From Nitrosopumilus sp. (GTDB lineage: Archaea; Thermoproteota; Nitrososphaeria; Nitrososphaerales; Nitrosopumilaceae): DNA of 64,000 nucleotides. Location: NCBI GenBank assembly GCA_965205425.1, contig CBDBGZ010000009.1, positions 256,001-320,000 on the forward strand, read 5' to 3'. Each line of letters starts with the position of its first letter. Positions within the stretch are counted from its first letter, which is position 1. The notes beneath the pieces were generated by a model that worked only from the letters and a program-made list of their open reading frames with translations, did not search any database and had not been told where the DNA came from. Of the stretch, positions 40,876-51,519 are shown one piece after another. The translations under genes and the position numbers were made by a program.

Positions 40876-42007
40876 TCTAGTACTAAAGTTAAAAAATCCT
40901 ATAAACAAGTATGATTCAAAACAATTCAATAAAAATCATGAATGGTTCATTCCCAGAGATAGAGTTAACTTTTACCTAACCCACGACTTTCATCCATATT
41001 TTGCTGCTTTTCCGCCCCAACTTGTTGCACGTCTTTTACATTATCATTCAAAGAAAGGGGATGTGTTTTTGGATCCTTTCATGGGTGGTGGATCTTCAAT
41101 GGTTGAGGGAGTGGTAAATGACAGAAAAACCATCGGAAATGACATTAGTCCATTCTCAAAGTTCATTTGTAGTGTAAAATCTACTCCGATTAAGATTAAA
41201 GATGATGAATTGCTCTTCTTACAATCAAATATCAAAAGATCACTTTCAAACAAAAAGAGAACAACAGATTTTGAAGATTATGATAGAATTACAAATGTGA
41301 AATATTGGTTTGATTCCAAAAATCTAACCGAACTTGATTCTATATATCGATGTGTTAAGAAAATTAAAAACAAGAAATTTCAGAATTTTGCACTACTTGC
41401 ATTTTCTAGCATATTGAGAAAATCTTCAAATGCAAAAAATGCAGAACAGCATTTATGTCTCAAACAAAATAAAAAACTCCCTTCTCCTACAAATCTTTTT
41501 GAGAAAAAAATGAACCTAATGGCTGAACAGATGAAAATATTTTACAAAAATTATCATACACATAACAAAACAACACTGCATACTGGAGATGTCCGGAATC
41601 TATCTGATAAAATTAATGAAAACAGTGTAGATATTGTTATCACATCACCTCCTTATGGAACTGGCTCAAAATATACAAACATTTACCGATTAAATTATGA
41701 GTGGCTAGGACTAGAAAAACCACAAAATAAAGATCCTCTTGAAACAACAAACGATTTTAGAGGCGAATTAAAAAAATCTCTTGAGCAGATACACAATGTT
41801 TTAAAACCCAATAAATTTTGTTTTTTTGTCTATGGGGATCCATCAACATCTAACGGATTGACAAAATATGCCATTACGGATGCAGAGTCGATGGGCTTTA
41901 AGTTTAGAGGAACCATCTCATGTCCAATAAAAAAGACCATTGCAAAACATTCAGAAAAATATACTCAATTCATACCAAAAGACTTTATCATTATTTTGCA
42001 AAAATAG
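40862..42007 (+). CDS. DNA amino-methyltransferase, alpha order (probably m4C)
   Basis: HPYFAAFPP, then LDPFMGGGS followed by TSPPY. Confidence 0.9.
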   Translation: MKKDSLVLKLKNPINKYDSKQFNKNHEWFIPRDRVNFYLTHDFHPYFAAFPPQLVARLLHYHSKKGDVFLDPFMGGGSSMVEGVVNDRKTIGNDISPFSKFICSVKSTPIKIKDDELLFLQSNIKRSLSNKKRTTDFEDYDRITNVKYWFDSKNLTELDSIYRCVKKIKNKKFQNFALLAFSSILRKSSNAKNAEQHLCLKQNKKLPSPTNLFEKKMNLMAEQMKIFYKNYHTHNKTTLHTGDVRNLSDKINENSVDIVITSPPYGTGSKYTNIYRLNYEWLGLEKPQNKDPLETTNDFRGELKKSLEQIHNVLKPNKFCFFVYGDPSTSNGLTKYAITDAESMGFKFRGTISCPIKKTIAKHSEKYTQFIPKDFIIILQK

Positions 42008-43535
42008 TGTTAACATCCGATTTTGCTATGATCTTGTTTAGCTTTAAAATTTCTATTACTTTGTCTTTTTTCCCTCCTGATTCTGAATATTTTTCTGTTA
42101 GAAAGTTCAATGTGTCATGATCAATAAGAGATATGATGTGATGACAATTATCTTCATGTATGATGATGTCAGATCCAAATTTATCAGATACAATTAATTG
42201 ACCTAATGCTTTGATTTGCAGTACTTTCTTTGTATGCCTGTAGAATTTGGTCGTACCATCACTTTCTCTTTTTTGAGTGTCGTCTATTCTTTTTTGCCCT
42301 GAATAAATTCCAAGTGTGGTCTCCATCAGAAGTTTTTCCTTTGTGTTATCTCGGAGATATGAAAGCAAATCTTCAGGAGCATAATCAAGACCAGACAAGT
42401 CTATTACTGCATCAGGTCTATCTGATTTACCACCTAAATGAAATGCCATTAATCCAATCTTTCTAAATTTCTCACATAGATTAATTTCCCATATACGATC
42501 ATCGTTTCCAATGTTTATTGATGGGAAATAGAGTTGTTTCTTTTGATTGTTAAAAGATATTTCCAATAATCCACAAAATATAGTAGAGAAACTATCTGAT
42601 CTTCCATAACTGTTTGAGGTCAAAGTGATCTGTACTTTCTTTTTATTATGTGGTGCAAGTGTGAATGACTTTTCTGAGTCTATTTTTATTTCTGAGGTAT
42701 TCTCAAAAACACTTGAAAGTTTTCCGTTTATTTCAAGAGACAAATCTTTGGCAGTTTTGTTGATAAATTCAAAGAAAAAATCATATCTTCTACCCTTGTT
42801 AAAATCACTAAATCCAAGAAAAGCATTTTGTGGTATTACCTCTAACTCATCACATGTGACTTGAGTTTCAATTCCTGAAAATATCTCATCAAGGCTTTTT
42901 TTCTTTTTTAGAAATTTTTTGAAACTCTCATTTACTGTAAAATATCTCAAACTTGATCTGTAAATCAAACCGCAAGGCTCAAGCCATCCAAATTTTATTG
43001 CCTTCCCTGCATGTTGCTCAACATAAATTACATGCTTTTTTGTGATTTTAGATGTGGCTTCATCATTAATGGGTATTTTTTTCTCAATGTCATATAGTTT
43101 AAAGAGTTTAGAGCATTGAGGATAATTTCCATCATCAACAGCTTTTAAGATACACCATGCAACATAATACGGAAACTGTTTCTTTTCTTGAGTTAAAACA
43201 AATTTTCCGAGTTTTGATAAACAAAATTTTAATTTTTTTGCCAATCTCCATGTCGTTTGTCCTAAATCAATTATATTATTAGTTTCATTATCTAAACGAT
43301 CAACTAATCCAAGTCTCCATAATTCTTTAAGATATGATCTGCATGTTTCTTTTGGTGCCTTATGTTTTGGGTCATCCCACCAAGCAAATTTTTTGTTGAG
43401 TTCTACCATTAGAGTTGTAATGTCAGTTGTTCCTAAATTTTGGATTGTGCATAATGTTTCATAATGTTGAGATAACCCCATTCCTTTTCCTACGGACATT
43501 TGATCGCTTGGTGTCCTACTTCCACCTTTTGTCAT
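41991..43535 (-). CDS. Putative restriction endonuclease (wHTH-like N-terminus, beta-rich middle, PD-ExT nuclease-like C-terminus)
   Basis: E..L...F...G......GGKSDRPDAVI...LLMETT; convergent with and overlapping the MTase operon. Confidence 0.6.
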   Translation of the reverse strand: MTKGGSRTPSDQMSVGKGMGLSQHYETLCTIQNLGTTDITTLMVELNKKFAWWDDPKHKAPKETCRSYLKELWRLGLVDRLDNETNNIIDLGQTTWRLAKKLKFCLSKLGKFVLTQEKKQFPYYVAWCILKAVDDGNYPQCSKLFKLYDIEKKIPINDEATSKITKKHVIYVEQHAGKAIKFGWLEPCGLIYRSSLRYFTVNESFKKFLKKKKSLDEIFSGIETQVTCDELEVIPQNAFLGFSDFNKGRRYDFFFEFINKTAKDLSLEINGKLSSVFENTSEIKIDSEKSFTLAPHNKKKVQITLTSNSYGRSDSFSTIFCGLLEISFNNQKKQLYFPSINIGNDDRIWEINLCEKFRKIGLMAFHLGGKSDRPDAVIDLSGLDYAPEDLLSYLRDNTKEKLLMETTLGIYSGQKRIDDTQKRESDGTTKFYRHTKKVLQIKALGQLIVSDKFGSDIIIHEDNCHHIISLIDHDTLNFLTEKYSESGGKKDKVIEILKLNKIIAKSDVNTIFAK

Positions 43536-43572
43536 GATATTATAATGATAAATCCAGTACGATTAAACAGTT

Positions 43573-43899
43573 ATGGGTAAAATCAATTTTATTATACCAA
43601 ATAAAAGCATGAACCGTATGAGTAATGTAATTTTTAAGAAGAAGATTAACAAAAGTGAGAAAAAATTCAGTTTCATACACGTACCACATCAGTATCGGAA
43701 AGATCTTGGTAATTCTTTAGAGATCATGGCAGATGGTAAAATATTCACAGTGAAAATAAACACAGTGGGCAGATTGATATCTAGTAAACTCTTCAAACAT
43801 CTTGACCCAAAAATTGATGATAGCATAATTCTAGAAAAAGATGCAGAGGGACGATATACAATCACAGTACAACCCTCTCATATGCGAGTTAAATTTTAA
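43573..43899 (+). CDS. Small B3/AbrB-like beta-barrel DNA-binding protein
   Basis: FIHVP..YR, GRL, D.IILEK..GRYTI pattern. Confidence 0.5.
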   Translation: MGKINFIIPNKSMNRMSNVIFKKKINKSEKKFSFIHVPHQYRKDLGNSLEIMADGKIFTVKINTVGRLISSKLFKHLDPKIDDSIILEKDAEGRYTITVQPSHMRVKF

Positions 43900-44032
43900 A
43901 TTAAAATAATTTAGCCTCAGGTCTCGACACTTAACACGAAGAAGATCCATAGTTGAGGTCTTGATTACTTAACAGAACCCCAATAAACAGGAAAAATATC
44001 ATTTTTATGTAAATAGACTTCAGAAGAACTGC

Positions 44033-44848
44033 TTGAAATTACAAAAAGTGGCAGTAGTAAGCAAGGTAGGATCCAAGGATTCAGAGCAAGCTGCAAAAGA
44101 TGTTACAAAAAAACTCTTAGCAAAAAAATCTACTGTGTTTACCATATCCCCAATTGAAGTTGAAGGGGCAAAACAAATTGAAACTTTGGAAGAATTAAAG
44201 AAAGAAAAACTAGACCTAGTAATTACACTTGGTGGAGATGGAACCACGCTTAGAGTTTTTAGAAATTTAGAAAATGAAACACCGATTTTAACTATCAATG
44301 TAGGAGGGAACAGAGGAATTTTAGCAGAAATTACAATTGAAGAAATTGATGAAGCAATAGATCAAATTTTAAAAGATAATTTCTTTTTGGATAAAAGAAC
44401 CAGAGTGATTGCATCATGTGGTGGAAAAGAATTCCCACCAGCATTAAATGAAATTTACATTACAAGAACAAATTTGACTAAAACTGCAGAAATTAAAATT
44501 AAATTTCAAGACGATACGGTAAAACAAAAAATGGATGGCGTCATTATTGCAACTCCAAGTGGTTCTACAGGTCATTCATTTTCATTAGGGGGTCCAATTT
44601 TGCATGAAAGTTTAGATGTCTTAATTATAACGCCAGTAGCACCAGTTTACAGATTAGCATCATTAATTGTTCCAGATGAGCAAATTGAAATCGCGTGTTC
44701 GCATGATTGTAACATTGCAATGGATGCACAAGTTGTAAAAACAGTAGGATATGAAGAACCAATTACTATTAAAAAATACAAAAAACCCGCAGTTTTCCTT
44801 AGATTAAAAAAACGAGGACTGAGACAGATGAGCAAACTTGGATTTTAG
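44033..44848 (+). CDS. nadK: NAD kinase
   Basis: GGDGT, LNE and DGVIIATPSGSTGHS motifs. Confidence 0.95.
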   Translation: MKLQKVAVVSKVGSKDSEQAAKDVTKKLLAKKSTVFTISPIEVEGAKQIETLEELKKEKLDLVITLGGDGTTLRVFRNLENETPILTINVGGNRGILAEITIEEIDEAIDQILKDNFFLDKRTRVIASCGGKEFPPALNEIYITRTNLTKTAEIKIKFQDDTVKQKMDGVIIATPSGSTGHSFSLGGPILHESLDVLIITPVAPVYRLASLIVPDEQIEIACSHDCNIAMDAQVVKTVGYEEPITIKKYKKPAVFLRLKKRGLRQMSKLGF

Positions 44849-45332
44849 AATACTAGACGCTAGTGCATTTTATGCAGGAGTGCCATTTAGATCATCTGAT
44901 GATTGTTACACCACATCATTGGTTTATGATGAAATTAAACACATAAAGAAAAATCATGATGCATTAGGAACTTTACTTGAGACAAACAGGTTAAAAATTA
45001 GAGAACCCGATTCAGAATCAACAAAAAGTGCAATCAAAGCATCAAAAGATACAGGAGATTTCCCACAATTATCAAAACAAGATATCTCAATTATTGCCTT
45101 AGCTATAGAGATGAAGGGTGAAATAATTAGTGATGATTTTGCAATTTCAAACGTAGCCAAAAATTTGGATTTAAAAATTCTGCCCATTATGACCAAAGGA
45201 ATTGCAGATGTGGGTAAATGGATTCATTATTGTCCTGGATGTAGAACTAATCATACAACGGGAAAAGAATGCCCAATGTGTGGAACACCTCTAAAAAGAA
45301 AATTACTAAAAGAGAAGTCAGTGTCTATTTAA
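44838..45332 (+). CDS. nob1: Nob1-like PIN/zinc-ribbon endonuclease
   Basis: LDASAF, LS.QD, SDDFA and CPGC..CPMCG motifs. Confidence 0.9.
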   Translation: MDFRILDASAFYAGVPFRSSDDCYTTSLVYDEIKHIKKNHDALGTLLETNRLKIREPDSESTKSAIKASKDTGDFPQLSKQDISIIALAIEMKGEIISDDFAISNVAKNLDLKILPIMTKGIADVGKWIHYCPGCRTNHTTGKECPMCGTPLKRKLLKEKSVSI

Positions 45333-45381
45333 TGAATAAAATATCAGCAAAAATTATTTTCTGATTTTTTTAATCACATAA

Positions 45382-46065
45382 TTAATCATGTAAAGTTTTT
45401 TGGTTAGATTTTTTGAGAAATTTACTTTTAGTGTCTAGAGTTTTTTTGATTTTCTTAGCACGAGCTTCACCCAATCCTTCAACTTTTACTAATTCAGTAG
45501 TAGTTGCACTAAAAACTTTCAAAGGAGTTCCAAATTTTGTTAGCATTCTAACTGCAAATTTTTCTCCAATTCCAGGTAAACTACAAAGGACTGAAAGTTG
45601 TTGTTTTTCTAAATCAGATGATTTTTTGATCTTTTTCAAATATGGTCCTTTAGGAGTATCTTTTCTAGAACACATTGAAACAAGCAACTTTGCAGTATGA
45701 GCAGCATTAGGAGTAGGAATTACTGGAATTTTAAAATCAAGAACAACTGTAGAAATTGCACCGTAAAATACCAAAGGATTTTCAGTTATTTCTTCAATTT
45801 CATCTACATTTCCTTCCATGAGAACAATAGGATGTTCAAAATGTTCCTTTAGTCTAGAACATTGATCAAAAAGTCTACCATCAAAAACTGAAGCCATAAG
45901 ATCACGTATACTTTTTCGCTCAACTATTGTTTCAGGTGCAACAATATAATCTCCAATTGGGAGTGTTTTCATTTCTATATTCAATCCAATTGATTTTAGT
46001 AGATCAGGAATTCCACTTTTTTTCTCCCGTTCATCCACTATGATCCTAAGATTTTCTAATTTCAC
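45382..46065 (-). CDS. xpf: XPF/ERCC4 structure-specific endonuclease
   Basis: VDERE, GDY, ERKS..D and HhH2 motifs. Confidence 0.93.
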   Translation of the reverse strand: MKLENLRIIVDEREKKSGIPDLLKSIGLNIEMKTLPIGDYIVAPETIVERKSIRDLMASVFDGRLFDQCSRLKEHFEHPIVLMEGNVDEIEEITENPLVFYGAISTVVLDFKIPVIPTPNAAHTAKLLVSMCSRKDTPKGPYLKKIKKSSDLEKQQLSVLCSLPGIGEKFAVRMLTKFGTPLKVFSATTTELVKVEGLGEARAKKIKKTLDTKSKFLKKSNQKTLHD

Positions 46066-46117
46066 AATAATTGTTGGAAAGAATTGTTAATATCTTATAT
46101 GAAATTGATGTAAAAAA

Positions 46118-46522
46118 TTATTTTCTAGGATTATCTTCTGCAGGTGGAGCATTTGGTGGTGGAGCATTTGCAGAACCACCTTTCATCATTTCAGTAATTT
46201 TTGCTTCTTGTTCTTTTAGAGATTCTTTAAGACGTGTTTCTTGTTTTTCAAGAACGGTAGCACGTGTTTTAGTCATCTCAATTCGTTCTTCTAATTCATC
46301 AATTAGTTCTTGTTTTTTTGATTTAATCAAAACAGTACCTGCTTGTTTGAAAACAGCATCGCCATCGGCTACTTTTTTTAATTCTTCAAGAGCTTTTTCA
46401 GTTTCTGCTTTTTCAATATCAAGATGTTGTTTTTGAGTCATTACTGACTGTAGATTTTGTTGAGATTGTTGCATTTTCATAACTTGTTCTTGAAGCCATG
46501 GTGGCATTTGTTCGGCTGACAT
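46118..46522 (-). CDS. pfdB: Prefoldin beta subunit
   Basis: Coiled coils with a VFKQAGTVLIK hairpin; exosome-cluster context. Confidence 0.93.
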   Translation of the reverse strand: MSAEQMPPWLQEQVMKMQQSQQNLQSVMTQKQHLDIEKAETEKALEELKKVADGDAVFKQAGTVLIKSKKQELIDELEERIEMTKTRATVLEKQETRLKESLKEQEAKITEMMKGGSANAPPPNAPPAEDNPRK

Positions 46523-46545
46523 ATTTTAACAAAAAAATTGTTTCA

Positions 46546-46791
46546 TTATATCTTTACCGATTCAATTGATTCGTAACTAGCCTGAATTAATCGAAGTGTT
46601 GAATTCAGGTTTGCTCTTAGATGAGCTAATTGATCAGTTTCTACAGAAATGATAAGTTTTTCATCAAATTCAATCTTAGTTTTTACAGGATTTTCTGGAT
46701 AAAATTCATTATCAATATTTACAGAATCATAAATTGCATTAGTTTTGTCTTTTGCATCGACAGTAATTTTTGCACTAAAGTTTAATGTCAT
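46546..46791 (-). CDS. pcc1: KEOPS complex subunit Pcc1
   Basis: LRANLNSTLRLI motif and context. Confidence 0.85.
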   Translation of the reverse strand: MTLNFSAKITVDAKDKTNAIYDSVNIDNEFYPENPVKTKIEFDEKLIISVETDQLAHLRANLNSTLRLIQASYESIESVKI

Positions 46792-46987
46792 ATGCGGTTC
46801 CAGCTACTTTATAGCTGCACTTTTTACAAGACCAAATACCTACTGCATCTCGACCAAATGTTTGGGAACCACATTCAGGGCAAGTTCTTTTTTCTTTTAA
46901 TTGAAGATGAATTTTTGTATATTGTTTTCTAAGTTTAATTCCATAACGAGCACCTAATCCTTTAAGAGATTTTTTTGCTTTTGCCAT
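46775..46987 (-). CDS. rpl37ae: 50S ribosomal protein L37ae
   Basis: GARYG, CPEC, GIWSCKKC and AG.AY motifs. Confidence 0.95.
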   Translation of the reverse strand: MAKAKKSLKGLGARYGIKLRKQYTKIHLQLKEKRTCPECGSQTFGRDAVGIWSCKKCSYKVAGTAYDIKL

Positions 46988-46988
46988 T

Positions 46989-47807
46989 TTATTGACTTCC
47001 TGATTGAGCTGCTTTTAATTTTTCTCTTATTTTTGCGCCTACTTTGACAGATATTTCACCACATTGATTAATTTCATCTTGGGTAAATCCATCACTGCCA
47101 CCTTTTTGTAAAGCACAAATATTTCCATCAGAGTCGCTTGTAATTGTTACACGAGCATCCATACTTGCCCATTCATCTCCATTTGGATCAACGATGATAT
47201 AGTTTCCAATTTTGCCCATAGTAACAGATACTGGAATAGTTTCAACGGGTAATGATGTTTCTTCACCTTCTACTAGAGTGGGTTTCTCATCAACCCATTC
47301 CCATTTTGGGGTTTTAGCTACAAGTAATGCAGCAGTTGCAGCATAAGAACATGCATCAAAAAGATTACCATCTTGATCAACTACAACATTGTCAGCAAAT
47401 ACACCAACAACTGATTTGTCTTTTAAAATTACTAATTTACTAACATCAATCATGTGACTTTCTCTGATTCCTCTATCAGTAACTCTAGCCAATTCAATTA
47501 CGGGTGGTTGTGGGGGACCAGTTTCTACAGTTGGGTGAGATAAGGGTAAAAGTTCAGCAGTACACATGAAAATTCCTCTATCACCAGTATCTGGGAAAGG
47601 TCTGTCTGGTTGAATTTTAACACCACAAATAACTTCAGTGTCACCTAGTCTGACTCTTGCTGAACCATTTGCTTTTGGAATTGCATTAGTTTCAATAGTA
47701 ATTTCACGGCATTCATCAAGTGCACGTCCATCAACTCTTTTTCCTTGTTCTAATAATTCAAGAATTTGTGCTTTCTTTAATTCATCTAGAACAGAAACAG
47801 ATGCCAA
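46989..47807 (-). CDS. rrp42: Exosome subunit Rrp42
   Basis: RVDGR, ANGSARVRLG, PFPDT and DGNLFDA motifs. Confidence 0.95.
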   Translation of the reverse strand: MASVSVLDELKKAQILELLEQGKRVDGRALDECREITIETNAIPKANGSARVRLGDTEVICGVKIQPDRPFPDTGDRGIFMCTAELLPLSHPTVETGPPQPPVIELARVTDRGIRESHMIDVSKLVILKDKSVVGVFADNVVVDQDGNLFDACSYAATAALLVAKTPKWEWVDEKPTLVEGEETSLPVETIPVSVTMGKIGNYIIVDPNGDEWASMDARVTITSDSDGNICALQKGGSDGFTQDEINQCGEISVKVGAKIREKLKAAQSGSQ

Positions 47808-47809
47808 TT

Positions 47810-48543
<734 letters not shown>

Positions 48544-48544
<1 letters not shown>

Positions 48545-49227
48545 TATGATTCAATATCCTTTATTTCTAACATTTCTTTCACTTGATCAGTTAAATTAGC
48601 AACATGTGCTTTTTCATTAATCATTTCAATGGCTGTTTTAGCCTTTAATAATCCCTCGGGAGTTTCACATGAAACCACCACCCAGCCATTTTGGCCAATA
48701 GTAACTGCTGCATTAGTTGCCATTTCAATCATCTGAATCATACTTCCTCTTTTGCCTATAAGACGCGGAACCTTACTTGGAGAGATTTTTACCAAGTCAC
48801 CAGAGTCAATTTTGCCTAAATCTCTATCAGAAATGGTAACAAGTGGATCTCTTGTTCTATCAAAATTAGCTATTCTTGCTGCAACTAAATCACCAGATTT
48901 TAGTTTGGTTGCTAGTTCATCAGCATGAGCAGAAAAGTCTCGTCCAAATACATCTTGAGCAGGCAAAAAGCCAACATAGCAAGAATTGATATCTAATTCC
49001 CAGGATAATGAAGTATGGGAAATGACTTTTCCAATTACAAGGTCATTAATTTTAGGAATATATTTTCCAGTTAATGGAATGACTCTAACAGAATCATCAT
49101 AAATTTCAGAAATTCCAATAGTTGTAGAAATTATCTTATCTCCTTCAAGTATTACATTTTGTTCAGGTCTAAAAGGGCCGGTGGTTACTAAATCACCAGG
49201 AATAACGTATTTTCTCTTGTTATCCAT
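48544..49227 (-). CDS. rrp4: Exosome RNA-binding subunit Rrp4
   Basis: S1 plus KH domains (KVPRLIGKRGSM, GQNG). Confidence 0.95.
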
Positions 49228-49913
49228 TATTGAACTACCTCAACTGTAGCTGAACCTTTGGTTATAGAACCCAATCTATCAATCACATTTGGCCTTGCTG
49301 CAGCGGGTATTTCAAGTATTGCTTTTAGAGAACCATTATTTTGCCATTCTTCTTTTTTTAGCGAACCTACAGATTTTAGAACAGCATATGATTGGGATGC
49401 AAACTGTGCAGGGATTGTAATTTCCAATTGTAGACTTTCAGATTTTAAGGCAATTATTGAACGTAATTTTTCAACAATATCTTTTACTTGTTCATCCACA
49501 TTTTTTTGAGGGTCTATAGAAACTCGGCCATCTTTCATAGCCTGTTCAATTCTCAATGGAGGGTGAGGAAGGTGGGTTTTAGGATCAACATAGGTTTTAG
49601 CAATAAATGTAACAATTTGTTTTCTCTTATCTTCAATCATTTTACGTCTTTGATCAGTGGTAAGATTCAGATCACCTTTCGCCATAATTATTTGAGCAAT
49701 TTCAGTTTGGTCTTCAGTTTTGAATGCCTTTAGTAATTTTTCAGCAGAGGGACGAGTTCCTTTTCCGGAATCAGTGTAAATTTCATCAGATACTAAAACT
49801 GAAGAAATATCTTTTTTCTTGCCTAGCTTGTAATCCAATGCAGGATCAGGTTTTACCATAATTTCAAATTTTTCCCCTTCAAAGGAATATCGAACTAATG
49901 AGACATCTGCCAT
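49227..49913 (-). CDS. Ribosome maturation protein SBDS
   Basis: GEKFEI, LTTDQRR and PHPPLRIE motifs. Confidence 0.95.
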   Translation of the reverse strand: MADVSLVRYSFEGEKFEIMVKPDPALDYKLGKKKDISSVLVSDEIYTDSGKGTRPSAEKLLKAFKTEDQTEIAQIIMAKGDLNLTTDQRRKMIEDKRKQIVTFIAKTYVDPKTHLPHPPLRIEQAMKDGRVSIDPQKNVDEQVKDIVEKLRSIIALKSESLQLEITIPAQFASQSYAVLKSVGSLKKEEWQNNGSLKAILEIPAAARPNVIDRLGSITKGSATVEVVQ

Positions 49914-50000
49914 TTCTAAAATAGGTATGAGGATTTGCTATTTATCTATACGTAAAACTAGCTAGATTTTTATGTGGACTTTGAAGATTTTGTTCAAGAT

Positions 50001-50639
50001 TTGTCATCCTTAGAGGTAATTAGTAAAGATAATCAAAAGATTGCTGTAAAGCTAAAAGGCATACCATTACAATATGCAAATGCACTTAGACGTGTTTGTC
50101 TAAATGGTGTTCCAGTGTTTGCTATCGATACAGTAGACATTATTGAAAATTCTTCAGTATTACCAGATGAGGGTCTAGCCCACAGATTAGGACTTATTCC
50201 AATAACAACTGATTTGGCTAGATTTAATGAACCATCAAAATGTGAATGTCAAAGTGAAACAGGATGTTCTAATTGTAAAGTAATGTTAGTTTTAGATTCA
50301 GGAGATTCAGACGTCACAAGAACAGTTCTTTCAAATGAATTATCATCTGAAGATGATTCAATTAAACCAGTTTCAGATAAAATTCCTATTGTACAATTAG
50401 CACCAGGACAAAGAATCAAAATTGAGTGTTATGCAAGACTTGGCCGCGGTACAGAGCATGCTAAATGGAATTCTTCCAATATTGCAATGCTTACGGATAC
50501 AGATCAAGAAGATGTCAAAGTTTTAACAATAGAATCCACGGGTGCACTTAATCCTGAACAAATTATCATTTCAGGAGTAGACGAAGTCAGCAATAGAATT
50601 GGTCAATTTAAAGAGATGATTGACCAAGTTGAAGTGTAA
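50001..50639 (+). CDS. rpoD: RNA polymerase subunit D (Rpo3)
   Basis: ANALRR, NSSVLPDE.LAHRLGLIP and HAKW motifs; TTG start inferred. Confidence 0.95.
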   Translation: MSSLEVISKDNQKIAVKLKGIPLQYANALRRVCLNGVPVFAIDTVDIIENSSVLPDEGLAHRLGLIPITTDLARFNEPSKCECQSETGCSNCKVMLVLDSGDSDVTRTVLSNELSSEDDSIKPVSDKIPIVQLAPGQRIKIECYARLGRGTEHAKWNSSNIAMLTDTDQEDVKVLTIESTGALNPEQIIISGVDEVSNRIGQFKEMIDQVEV

Positions 50640-50684
50640 TCTAAGCATAGACATTATATTTGGGTTTCAAACCGCATTATTCAC

Positions 50685-51032
50685 ATGACTAATCAAGTCG
50701 TTATACACATGGCCAAAGATCTAAAGAAGGCATCTACCAAAAATGATGCTCCTATTTGGGCAAAATTAGCAGAATATGCATTAAAACCATCTGTAGCAAG
50801 AAGAGATCTTAATTTGAATAGAATTGATCAACTAACAAAAGATAACGATACAGTAGTCTTCCCAGGAAAAGTTCTAGGAACTGGCAACATTTCTCACAAA
50901 ATTACATTATTCTCATTTTCAATTTCAGAATCTGCAGCAAACAAAATCATTGAAAAAGGTGGAAAAATCATCACCCATGCAGATTTGATTGAACAAAACC
51001 CAACTGGAAAAGGAGTCGTTCTACTTGGCTAA
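50685..51032 (+). CDS. rpl18e: 50S ribosomal protein L18e
   Basis: APIW, VVFPGKVLGTG motif and context. Confidence 0.94.
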   Translation: MTNQVVIHMAKDLKKASTKNDAPIWAKLAEYALKPSVARRDLNLNRIDQLTKDNDTVVFPGKVLGTGNISHKITLFSFSISESAANKIIEKGGKIITHADLIEQNPTGKGVVLLG

Positions 51033-51519
51033 TGGAAGAATCAACAAACCAAAGGGAACAAAACAAGAAACAGTTGTAAGAACTGACAGACCAATTGTAG
51101 TTGATGCAACTAATCATATTGCAGGCAGATTAGCATCCAGTGTAGCAAAATTATTGATGCAAGGAAACAGAGTATCAGTAGTTAATTGTGAAAAAATTAT
51201 GATGAGTGGTACAAGAAGTAACCAAATTCAAGAGTATAGAGAATTTTTAGAAATTAACAGTATTATCAATTACAAACACGGACCAAAACACTATAGAAGA
51301 CCAGATACAGTAATGGCAAAAATGATTCGTCAAATGCTTCCATTTGATAGAAAACCATCAGGAAAAGAATCATTTCAAAGACTAAGAACATACATTGGTT
51401 CACCTAAAGAAATAAAATCACTTGAAAAAATTCAATTTGAGAAAGCAATGATTAGGAAAACCCCATCAAATTATACAGAACTAGGTGCATTATGTAGAGT
51501 AATAGGGTGGACTGAATGA
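51025..51519 (+). CDS. rpl13: 50S ribosomal protein L13
   Basis: VDATNHIAGRLAS, GP.H.RRP and RQMLP motifs; TTG start after AGGAG. Confidence 0.94.
   Translation: MANGRINKPKGTKQETVVRTDRPIVVDATNHIAGRLASSVAKLLMQGNRVSVVNCEKIMMSGTRSNQIQEYREFLEINSIINYKHGPKHYRRPDTVMAKMIRQMLPFDRKPSGKESFQRLRTYIGSPKEIKSLEKIQFEKAMIRKTPSNYTELGALCRVIGWTE

Larger units (their letters stand above)
38316..43979. mobile_element. IS6-family unit transposon with restriction-modification-like cargo
   Basis: Perfect 74-bp TIRs (38316-38389, 43906-43979) starting GGTTCTGTT; 8-bp TSD CCAATAAA (38308-38315, 43980-43987); a single transposase. Confidence 0.95.

Noticed and set aside
38316..43979. Casposon
   Set aside because: Long TIRs are suggestive, but there is no Cas1 or PolB; the transposase, ends and 8-bp TSD are IS6-type.
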